DNA from: Histomonas meleagridis 2922-C6/04-290x | Taxonomy: Eukaryota; Protista; Parabasalia | Reading direction: 5' to 3' | Length of the DNA: 64,000 bases | NCBI GenBank assembly: GCA_020184695.1 | Contig: JAANOX010000099.1 | Span: 350,719 to 414,718, forward strand | Shown: positions 50,258-59,588 of the stretch, piece after piece | Position numbering within the stretch: the first letter of the stretch is position 1 | How the letters are laid out: the number at the start of each line of letters is the position of its first letter | Position numbers and translations under genes: made by a program | Notes under the pieces: generated by a model | The model's input: only the letters and a program-made list of their open reading frames with translations | Database searches by the model: none | Told to the model about the DNA's origin: nothing

Positions 50258-52394
50258 TTAGAATTGAATCGATTGAAGTAAATTAACTATCCTAATATGA
50301 CCATTTTCAGATGCAAGCATAAGTGCTGTTTTAAATAATTAAAATAAATTCCAACTATTTAAAATTAATTTCAATAAATTAAAATAAATTTTCTATAAAA
50401 AGTTGAAATGTCTTTTGCATTTATATCAATATCTTTTTGTTCAAGAAGGAATTCAACCACAGCAAACTGACCAAATCGAGATGCATGCATTAGTGCTGTC
50501 CAAAATTATTTAAATGAATTCCAAATATTTAAAATTAATATCGATAAATTAAAATGAATTTTCTATAAAATATTGGAATATCTTTTGCATTGATATCGAT
50601 ATCTTTTTGTTTAAAAAGGAATTGAACAATTTCGATTTGATTATGTCGAGATGCGCACATTAATGCGGTCCAAAACTATTAAAATAAATTCCAGATAATT
50701 AAAATAATTTTCATATTTTTATAACAAATATTTTATAGAAAATAAAAACATTTTTTGCATTTAGATCAACTTTGTTTTGCTTGATAAGGAATTTAACTGT
50801 ATCAATACGTCCATATCGAGATGCAAACATTAGACCTTCTACAAATGTTAAGTGTAAATATCCAATAAAGTAAATAAATATCATTTGTATCATTAATTTC
50901 TTTTTGCTCAAGAAATAATTTAACGATTTCAATATGATTATATAAAATAGCCCATAGAAATGCTGTTAAAAATAATTAAAATAAATTCTAAATAAATCAG
51001 ATAAATCCAAAATTTTTAAATTAAATAAAAATTATTTAAAACAAATATCCAATATAATATATAAACATCTTTTACATTTATATCAATATTTTTTTGTTTA
51101 AGAAGGAATTTAACAATTTCAATTTGACCATATTTAGATGCATAAATAAGTGCTGTTTCAAATAATATGAATAATTTCCAAATTATGAAAACGAGCTTCA
51201 ATTAATAAGTATAAATATTCACTGAAACAAAATATATTTAGTATTAATATCAATTTCTTCTTGTTCAAGGAGTAATTGAACAATTTCAAGATTTCCAGAT
51301 GGAATTGCAAATATTAATATGTTTGGAATTTGATTCTTTTGAGTATAATCTTTAAGTAAGAAAGTGTTACCATTTGTTACTATATTTTTTATGATCATAT
51401 CATTTATTTCCATACCTTCTTTTTCTAAAAATGAAAAAATTTCATAGTTACTAAAATCGATACATTTTCTACCTAATTTAGTTAAATCATATATTTGATC
51501 AAAATTCTTTTCATAAAAATAATAAAAAATTTCATTTCGATGAAATTCTATTGCTGTTTCGAAACATTCAATTGGATCTTCAGATAATAATGAAATATTT
51601 TGTTCACATAAACGAATAATTTCTAAGTTTCCTCCAGCAATTGCATATTTTAATGTATTATTTACATTTGACCCATTCATTAATAAATATTTAAAACATT
51701 TAAATGATCCATAAAATGCACAATAATCAATTAATGATACATATTTCTTGTTTACAAATGAACATATTTCATAAAGTGATGGTTCAATGAATTGATTAAA
51801 ATCAAATTTTTTTTGTGATGATATTTCTTGTAATTGTTCTAAATTATCATTTCGTAAAACTTTTGTTATTATTAGTGGATTAACTCCTTCATCAATTAAC
51901 ATTTTATGAAGTTTCCAATCATTTTTAGAAAGAATTTCAAGATTTGAAATAAATTCATCATAAAACTTTAAATCTTTCATTCTTAAAATTTCTTCTAATG
52001 TTTTATAATGTGCAAAATATAAAGAATTTATATTTTTTACAAAACTTGCATCGAGTATTTCTTGTTTTATCATATTCGCTATAAGAAAATATGATTCTTG
52101 CGAAGTCTTTTGGAGTAAATAATGTTTAAATATATAAATAATATTATTTTTAGTTTTGAATATTTCTTCTTCATTTGAATTTAAAATTAATAAATAATTT
52201 ATAATAAGATTTTTATTACATACTTTTGAAATAAAAGCCGAATATAAAAATTGAGAAACAAGAAGATTAAATGAATCTGGAAATTGGTTTTCAAATAAAT
52301 CTAGAGTTAAATCTACTGTTTGCTTTATATTATCTTCAGTAATATCAAAAATAATTCTTTCTATTGTATGAATTGTTTGGATTGATGGAAGCAT
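50258..52394 (-). CDS. DUF3447-like/ankyrin gene, copy D (391-aa ORF plus 6 spacer-separated ankyrin units)
   Basis: The long ORF stops inside the first spacer (KYILFQ*). T-position codons are at 51156, 50966, 50839, 50669, 50499 and 50329. The last unit ends GHIRIVNLLQSIQF* at 50258. Confidence 0.6.
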
Positions 52395-52807
52395 TAAATA
52401 TAAATATCAGCAGTTTAGAATTTTTTCAATACATACCGATCATAACCGCTAGATTGAAGAACTTCAAAAGTAAAGATTTTATGTTTATGCATCTTTTTCC
52501 AGAAAACTTGATTGTTTTTTTGTGAAAAATATTTTTACGATAAAAAGCGGAAGTGTTCTAATAAAATATCGATTATTTATCGATTTAAATTTCGAGCATT
52601 AAATTTATCATACCCCATCGAACAAAAAATTGTCTTATTTTCAATGAAAGGAAACGATTGATTTAAAATCTATTAAAAAATATTAGCTATTCAACATAAA
52701 AACAAAAGTTAAGCTTAAGTTTACATAATAAACGGTCTCATGTGAAGTGAGAAGTCAGATTTGTTGTAAAAAGGTCAAATTTTCCAATTCAAAAAAAAAA
52801 TAATTCT

Positions 52808-54004
52808 ATGAACCTCAAATTCCTTGCTGCTTTCGGTGATCATGTTCCACTGTCTCAATTCAAACCAGACGACACCATTTCCACACTTGCATTCAGTCAT
52901 GATGGACAATTTCTTGCATCAGGTGATCAAGCAGGAAGGGTGGTAGTTTTCAAACTTACATATTCAAGCAGTGGTAGACCAACCATTTCGTTTTCTAATC
53001 AAATTCATGCACATAAATCACAGTTTGATTATTTCCGAAGCGAAATCAGCGAGATGAGAGTAAATTCATTAAAATGGATTCCACGACAAACTATTAATCC
53101 TCTCCTTATATCCTGTAATAGCCATGATGCCAAACTATGGCACTTTAATTCCACACCACGAATTGCATGGAACACCAAATTAAAAGACACATACATTTTT
53201 CCCATGCCACAACGTAGCGATACAAAGTACGCCCCCGAATGTATTCGTACTTTCAATGATATCCAAACCGAGTACATCGTCGATCTTCAGACGTTATCAG
53301 ATCAACGGTCATTTCTTATGGTTGATGTAACGTGTGTTAAATTGTGGGATATTGAACGAGATATCAAATCTGTTTGTCTTTGTAAAATATCTCAACAAGA
53401 TTCCGAAATCACTGCATCTGGTATACAGCCGAATCAATCATCCACTTTCATGGTTGGTAATGACGGCGGCTTCTGCAAGATGTATGATCTTCGTCAAGAA
53501 GCAGAAAATCTGATGCCACTTTTTGACATAAACACATCAAAATTTTCAATACGCCAACAATTTTCAGACGAATGCAGCATGATTGGAAGTATATCATTTT
53601 CACGTGATGGAAACAATTTTGTAGTGCGACGCTTTAACGATTTACAAGTCTGGGATATACGTAATCTTAATTCTCCATGTGCGAAACTTGAGGTTCAATG
53701 GTTTCCTAATCAGATGGAATATCTTTTAAGTGAGGATTATGTGAAAGATCAATTTCGAACTGCGTTTACGGCGAAAGATAAAATTGTGACTGGTTGTTAT
53801 TCTGCGGATTATATTGCTTGGGATTGGAAAAGACAAAAAGCGACAAAGCATAAGGCTGTAAGCGCAAGAAATCAAAGACTACCTCCTGAGCCTGGTAAAG
53901 ATTTTAACAAAAGAGTAACAGTGTGCGAGGCACACCCAAGAAGCGAAATTGTCGCAGTGGTATCAACAGCAGCGCTATTCTTCTATTATGGTACGGATGA
54001 ATAA
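52808..54004 (+). CDS. PPP2R2: Protein phosphatase 2A regulatory subunit B55 (WD40)
   Basis: DDTISTLAFSHDGQFLASGDQAGRVVVF, QFDYFRSEISE and TGCYS match the B55/CDC55 family. Confidence 0.9.
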   Translation: MNLKFLAAFGDHVPLSQFKPDDTISTLAFSHDGQFLASGDQAGRVVVFKLTYSSSGRPTISFSNQIHAHKSQFDYFRSEISEMRVNSLKWIPRQTINPLLISCNSHDAKLWHFNSTPRIAWNTKLKDTYIFPMPQRSDTKYAPECIRTFNDIQTEYIVDLQTLSDQRSFLMVDVTCVKLWDIERDIKSVCLCKISQQDSEITASGIQPNQSSTFMVGNDGGFCKMYDLRQEAENLMPLFDINTSKFSIRQQFSDECSMIGSISFSRDGNNFVVRRFNDLQVWDIRNLNSPCAKLEVQWFPNQMEYLLSEDYVKDQFRTAFTAKDKIVTGCYSADYIAWDWKRQKATKHKAVSARNQRLPPEPGKDFNKRVTVCEAHPRSEIVAVVSTAALFFYYGTDE

Positions 54005-54277
54005 ACTTTTGTTATTATGAGTAAAATTTGAAATGTTTGTGTAACTTCAAAAATAACAAAGCGTTAAAAAGAATTATGTGAACATATTTCATTTCTGGTG
54101 AAACGTCATATGCTTTAATTGTTGGATTAGTTTTAGGTGGATGTCCGAGTAAATTCAATTGTGAAAAAAAGTATAGTTTGCTGTTCTGTATTTTATGCAT
54201 ACACGAAATTGTGCTCTATTTAATTATTGATTAAAAACAGGGATTAAGTTTAATTAGTTTTATTAAAGAAAACAAAA

Positions 54278-54284
54278 TCATTTT
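54278..54284 (+). promoter_or_regulatory. Inr-like element of the NAC-beta gene
   Basis: TCATTTT 21 nt upstream of ATG 54299. Confidence 0.45.
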
Positions 54285-54298
54285 TTTGAAGGAACGAT

Positions 54299-54787
54299 AT
54301 GATATCAAGCACTTTTATGGCGACCGTTATCGAGATTTTGGGGGTTGTAACGGTTGTGTTTGGCCTTTTACTGATGTCACCAGGTGTGGGTATGAAAACA
54401 GGAGGCCGTGGCTCATGGCGCCGCAAAACAAAGAAAACACAAAAGAACGGAAATCAAAATGGACTTAAGGTATGGTTGGCTGCACAACGTCTCGGATGCC
54501 GTGAATTTGGTGAATTAGACTCAGCATCAATCATCCTCCAAGGCAGCGAAGAAGCTCTTTCCTTCCAAAAGCCAGAACTTGCTTTCAACATGCATGCAAA
54601 TACATATGCTATCATGGGAAAGGTTGAAAAGAAACCAATTGTTGAAGTTTTAACTGACCTCATTTCAGGAATGAACCTTTCTGGACTTAAGGATAAGAAA
54701 GAAGAAGAAAATAATGATCTTGGCGATGTTCCAGAAGATGTTGATTTCTCAAAGGCCGAAGAAGAAACTAAACCAGCTACTGAGTAA
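54299..54787 (+). CDS. BTF3: Nascent polypeptide-associated complex beta (BTF3/EGD1)-like protein
   Basis: GGRGSWRRKTKK basic motif and a NAC domain (ALSFQKPELAFNMHANTYAIMGKVEKK), preceded by an unusual hydrophobic N-terminus. Confidence 0.8.
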   Translation: MISSTFMATVIEILGVVTVVFGLLLMSPGVGMKTGGRGSWRRKTKKTQKNGNQNGLKVWLAAQRLGCREFGELDSASIILQGSEEALSFQKPELAFNMHANTYAIMGKVEKKPIVEVLTDLISGMNLSGLKDKKEEENNDLGDVPEDVDFSKAEEETKPATE

Positions 54788-55192
54788 ACACTAATTACCA
54801 TTTTTCAAACAAGTTTCGCTCGTTAATATTTTAGATCTATTTGTCATAAAAAAATTTTAAAAGCTTTATTTGTTAATTACATACGTAAGTGATCGGATTA
54901 ACATTTCTGAATTAATGGGAAAAAAATAAAGTTTCGTTAGTTTTCATTTTCATTTATTTTTTTAATTTTATTTTGAATTTGAATTATTATCACAATAATA
55001 AGCATATCGATATTGTCTAAAGAATGTATTTGATTGAATAAATAATTTATTTGGAATTGGTTTGTCGATTTCTGATGTGTTGGTTTCTTTATCTGACATA
55101 TGATTTGAAATATATTTTGCAATGCCAACAGACTGAGTCAATTTTGACTTCAAGGATGATTCAAGGAAACGTTATCCCAAAAGCTAGGCCAA

Positions 55193-56647
55193 ATGACAAG
55201 CGAAGAGCTTAAATCAAGAGGAAATGCAGCATTTGCTTCACAAGACTATGAGCTAGCAATTTCATATTATACAGAAGCAATAGCAATTGATCCACTCAAC
55301 CAAACTCTTTATTCAAATAGAAGTGGAGCTTATTTATCTCTCCAAATGTATGATAAAGCAATTGATGATGCTAGAAAAACAATAGAATTAAAACCAGATT
55401 GGGCTCGTGGACACACTCGTCTCGCTGCAGCTTTAGAAGCAATCAAAGATTGGAATGGTGCCGAAGCTGCTTATTTAAAAGCACAACAACTCGACCCAAC
55501 AAACAACCTTATTGCCGAAGATCTCAAACGTGTACGTCAAAACAAGAAGCCAGCACCCTCTCCTCTAAATCCGTTATTCCCACCAGATTTAATAGATCGT
55601 CTTCGAATGAATCCCTTAATAGCTCCGATGTTTAGTGATCCTTCTTTTGTCAAAATGGTTGAAGACATAACCACAAATCCACAATTTTCAGATAAATATC
55701 AATCAGATCCACGACTAATTCTTGTCATTCGGGCATTACTTGAGCCTCTTCTTAACCAAGATAAACAACAAACGCCTCCATCACCCGCATCAACCACTGA
55801 AAAGTTATCAGGAAACAGAAAAGAAGCCGAAGATGAGAAAAACTTAGGAAATGCCGACTTTAGACGTGGCGATTATGATAGCGCCATGGAGCATTACAAC
55901 AAAGCAATCTCCATTGACCCTACGAACATGATCTATTACACGAACATTTCATCAGTTCACACTAAGCAAAACCGTTTTCTTGATGCGATCGAAATTTGTG
56001 AGAAAGCCATTCAAATTGGGCGCGATCACAACGCGAGTAAAGATATGATTTCTCGTGCGTATCAAAAGATTGCTACAAATCAATCAGCTCTTGGTAACAT
56101 TGATAAAGCAATTGAAGCGCTTGAAATGTCACTTCAAGAAAAAGAATCTCGAGAAATTGAACGCGAGAAAGAACGACTTGAACAAATACTTAAAGCATTA
56201 ACAAAAGAAAATGATGAATCATATGAACAATATCAAGAAAAAGGTATCGATGAAGAAAAGAAAGGGAACGTTATCGATGCAATTGACAACTTTACAAAGG
56301 CGATTAATAACGGCGACAAAAACGAAGATGTTTTCATAAGAAGAGCTGACTTGTTTGTGAAGATAGGAGAGTTTAAGAGATGTTTAAGTGATTATGAAAG
56401 TGTAATAGAAATGAATCCAAGCGCTGAAATGCTAAGGAAAAAAGCAAATTGTTTGTTCTTTATGGGAGAATTCGAAAAGACAAAAGAGTTTTACCAAAAG
56501 GCAATCGAAGCGGACCCGGAAGATATGGCTATTCAGGAAGAAATGGAGAGAGCGGTGCAACAAATAAATAAGCTGAAAACCCCGATAATTATACCGTGTA
56601 ATGAGTTTCATGATGCGCCAAATAACTCAGAAGAAAAATGTGAATAA
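55193..56647 (+). CDS. STI1: Hsp70/Hsp90 organising protein (TPR-DP-TPR)
   Basis: TPR1 (KSRGNAAF...LYSNRSGAY), DP motif (SDPSF...SDPRL), TPR2A (EKNLGNADFRRGDY) and further TPRs. Confidence 0.88.
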   Translation: MTSEELKSRGNAAFASQDYELAISYYTEAIAIDPLNQTLYSNRSGAYLSLQMYDKAIDDARKTIELKPDWARGHTRLAAALEAIKDWNGAEAAYLKAQQLDPTNNLIAEDLKRVRQNKKPAPSPLNPLFPPDLIDRLRMNPLIAPMFSDPSFVKMVEDITTNPQFSDKYQSDPRLILVIRALLEPLLNQDKQQTPPSPASTTEKLSGNRKEAEDEKNLGNADFRRGDYDSAMEHYNKAISIDPTNMIYYTNISSVHTKQNRFLDAIEICEKAIQIGRDHNASKDMISRAYQKIATNQSALGNIDKAIEALEMSLQEKESREIEREKERLEQILKALTKENDESYEQYQEKGIDEEKKGNVIDAIDNFTKAINNGDKNEDVFIRRADLFVKIGEFKRCLSDYESVIEMNPSAEMLRKKANCLFFMGEFEKTKEFYQKAIEADPEDMAIQEEMERAVQQINKLKTPIIIPCNEFHDAPNNSEEKCE

Positions 56648-56829
56648 AAAAGTTAAATGTTATAAAATAAATGCATTTCTAAGTCTGTAGTGGTTTAAAT
56701 TAATATGTTGAAGTCGATGAATTGATTATTAAAATGTTTAACAACATTTTTCTATGATGACTTTTTAAGTTCAAATTAATGTGTGATACATATTTTGAGA
56801 TGAAAGAAGCATTAGATTTATAAGTTTAA

Positions 56830-57070
56830 AACAGCTATTATAAAGTCTGATGTTTCTACATATGTATGATGTTAATGCAAAAAATATTCATTTGAATAAT
56901 TTTGAATATGTTTTAATAATTTGAAACAGCACTTCATATAGCAGTTAGAAATAATAATATAGAAATAGTAAAATTACTTTTAGATAAAGGAATTGATGTT
57001 AATACAAAAACTATTTATTTGAATAATTTTGGATATCTTTTAATAATTTAATATACTGTTGTACTTGGGG
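56830..57070 (+). pseudogene. Ankyrin remnant, copy E, with single-module spacers
   Basis: ETALHIAVRNNNIEIVKLLLDKGIDVNTK flanked by short spacers. D-position 56883 to T codon 56926 is 43 nt. Confidence 0.65.
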
Positions 57071-57228
57071 GATACTTGTTTACGTATTCAGATGAAGATT
57101 GTAATTACTAATCACTTTATCACGATGAATTTTGTACGCCATATTTTGCAATCATCGAAAAAATATCTTTGAAAGCCACATATACAAATTTATATAAAAG
57201 AAACGTTCAACATAAATAATTAATTTCT

Positions 57229-58461
57229 TTATTCTTTCTTCTTTTGCACTTTCCGAATCCTATCAATTCTTTGTGCCAACGTTGGATGGTTTGCATTGAA
57301 TGCCAAATAAATTGGGTCTGTATCGACAATTGCCTTATTTTCCTGGCACAGTTTCAACAATGCGTCGTCGATTTTCAGGCCCATTTTTGCAGAGTATTCA
57401 TCTGCTTGATACTCAAACATACAACTAATCAAATTCAATCCCATGTTAGACAACTCATACACAGGCACAACGAAGAACGACACAAGTTGTATTCCAATTA
57501 TGAAAGGTTTCTCATCGACGAAACCGAAACTTTGGAATATTGAATCACTTTGCATTACTTTAACGAAAGATAACAAAGTCAAAAGATTCGATATTTGTGA
57601 AATAAATAATAACTTAAGGATATGGCGATGTTTTGAATGCCCAATTTCATGTCCAATAATTGCAGCGACATCATCAGGTGTACCATTTGTTAAAACAGTA
57701 TCAGCAATTGCAACCTTGTGCTTAAACATACCAAACATAAAGGCGTTTTGCTTGGTGCTGCGCTTGGAATCATCCGCTTGGTATATCTCGCTTAAGTTGA
57801 ACGATGAATCAGCTGCAACTTTAGTAACGGCTTCTTTGATGGGGCCATCTTCGAGTGGAGTCAGCTTTGTAAACAATGGCATGATAATAATGGGATATAA
57901 CACTTGAACAATAATAACAAAGACGAAAAGAAATACTAAACTTATGTATATGAAATAGATACTTGATAATTTATAGATAAACGATAAAACTGAATAAAGA
58001 ATAGATTGAAGAATAAAGGATACAAGAAAACTCTTGATGGTGTCAGAAACAAAAAGTGAGACAGTGGACTTGTTAAAGCCATATTTTTCATCAATAACAA
58101 ACTTTTTATAATAACGTAATGGGATTTCAAAAATAGTAGAGAGAATCGTGGTGGCTAAAATAAAAAGTGGAAGGTGTATGATTTCAAGGATAAATCTTGT
58201 AAATGTCCAAAATTTATGTAAATTAAGAAGAATTAGTACATTTGGTATTAGGCCTACAAATTCACTTACAACAGAAAACTTCATGCAAACTGTTTCGTAT
58301 TCCTTTGATTTTTCAAATTCATCAAAGGTGACTTCTTTGCGATATATTTCTGGCGGTGATTTTTGTTTCTTGATAAATGAAAGCTGGCGGTAATTAAGAT
58401 ATACTTTAAATAGTGTTTCTAATATGAGAATTAAAAGTCCAATTGCTTCAAAACTCTCCAT
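57229..58461 (-). CDS. STE24: CAAX prenyl protease 1 (peptidase M48)
   Basis: Multiple TM helices, HEIGH zinc motif, FEYQADEY and HPTLAQRI. Confidence 0.93.
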   Translation of the reverse strand: MESFEAIGLLILILETLFKVYLNYRQLSFIKKQKSPPEIYRKEVTFDEFEKSKEYETVCMKFSVVSEFVGLIPNVLILLNLHKFWTFTRFILEIIHLPLFILATTILSTIFEIPLRYYKKFVIDEKYGFNKSTVSLFVSDTIKSFLVSFILQSILYSVLSFIYKLSSIYFIYISLVFLFVFVIIVQVLYPIIIMPLFTKLTPLEDGPIKEAVTKVAADSSFNLSEIYQADDSKRSTKQNAFMFGMFKHKVAIADTVLTNGTPDDVAAIIGHEIGHSKHRHILKLLFISQISNLLTLLSFVKVMQSDSIFQSFGFVDEKPFIIGIQLVSFFVVPVYELSNMGLNLISCMFEYQADEYSAKMGLKIDDALLKLCQENKAIVDTDPIYLAFNANHPTLAQRIDRIRKVQKKKE

Positions 58462-58774
58462 TTTTTGTGGTCTTCAAGACAGAAGAAAACCGTTATTTCT
58501 TTATCAAAATTTTCAATGAATAAAATTCCCGACCAGTTACTGATTCAAAATACTTGATCTGGTAGACACTTTTTAATAAATAATTCATTTCCAGCTCACA
58601 TCACCCTTGTTTTTGACATAACTGCCATTTTTCTTTCAAAATCCACTTTTTGAAAACCACTTTTTGTTGATTAGGCATTTTTTATGAATAGGCAAATTAC
58701 CTATGAAGATTAATTCACACCTCTTTAAGTTAGCTACTCCACACTTAGTTTGTAAAGTCATTTCTTTTCAAACA

Positions 58775-59087
58775 TCGATTTGATCAATATTTAGTTCAAC
58801 CAATTATAGCTGGACTTGAACCAGGTACAAATAATCCATCAGATAGTATTGGTGCTATGATAGAACCGAATGATTTTGCTGTTGCAGGAACATCAAGTGA
58901 TTCATTGTATGGTATTTGTGAAAGTCTTTGGAGGCCAGGAATGAATCCTGATGAGTTATTTAAAACAATTTCAACATGTTTGATATCAGCTATCGAACGC
59001 GATGGACTCAGTGGTTGGGGTGGAATTGTTTATATTGTAACACCAGAACAAAAAATTACGAAAGAAATCAAAACACGTCTGGTATAA
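58775..59087 (+). pseudogene. PSMB3: Partial second copy of proteasome beta-3 (3' half)
   Basis: Near-identical to about 9515-9930, including the 3' UTR, with small indels. Lies in low-quality sequence. Confidence 0.75.
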
Positions 59088-59271
59088 ACAATTCATTTCT
59101 TTGGTAATAATTTAATGTTTACACATTACTGATTAGATTGTCTTTAAGAAGGGCAAAAAGTCTCATCAGATCTAATCTCAAAAAGTAAAGTGTTTATCTA
59201 ATATGACATATTAGAAAAATATTTTACTAATTCATTAAAATATATTGTCCTTCGGGATAGCTAATGCTTGG

Positions 59272-59588
59272 TCATAGTCCATACTTTGTCTTGTACGCTT
59301 CTAACGCTTTCTGAATGATCTTTCTTGCTTGACTTCATTATTGATAATGGGGGAACTGATAATTGGCAAAGAACCAGAATATCCAACGGATCATTATCTT
59401 CTGCTAAAGATTGAGGAACAAACCCATAGTTTGCTGGATAGATTACACGGTGAATGCTGAAGCTCTATCCAACTTTCAAAATAATCCTGATTGTTTATCA
59501 AGCTCTGTTTAATTCTAGACAAAGTAGATTTCAGTACAGCTCGAATTTCATCATTGTTAAGGCCTTTATATGGAACAGCATGCCTGGA
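59272..59588 (-). pseudogene. Family I soluble inorganic pyrophosphatase fragment (noisy, internally deleted)
   Basis: Across frameshifts: H(P/A)..HAVPY, ELDK, ANYGFVPQSLAEDNDPLDILVLCQ, and C-terminus QARKIIQKALEAYKTKYGL*. Truncated at the fold-back apex. Confidence 0.65.
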
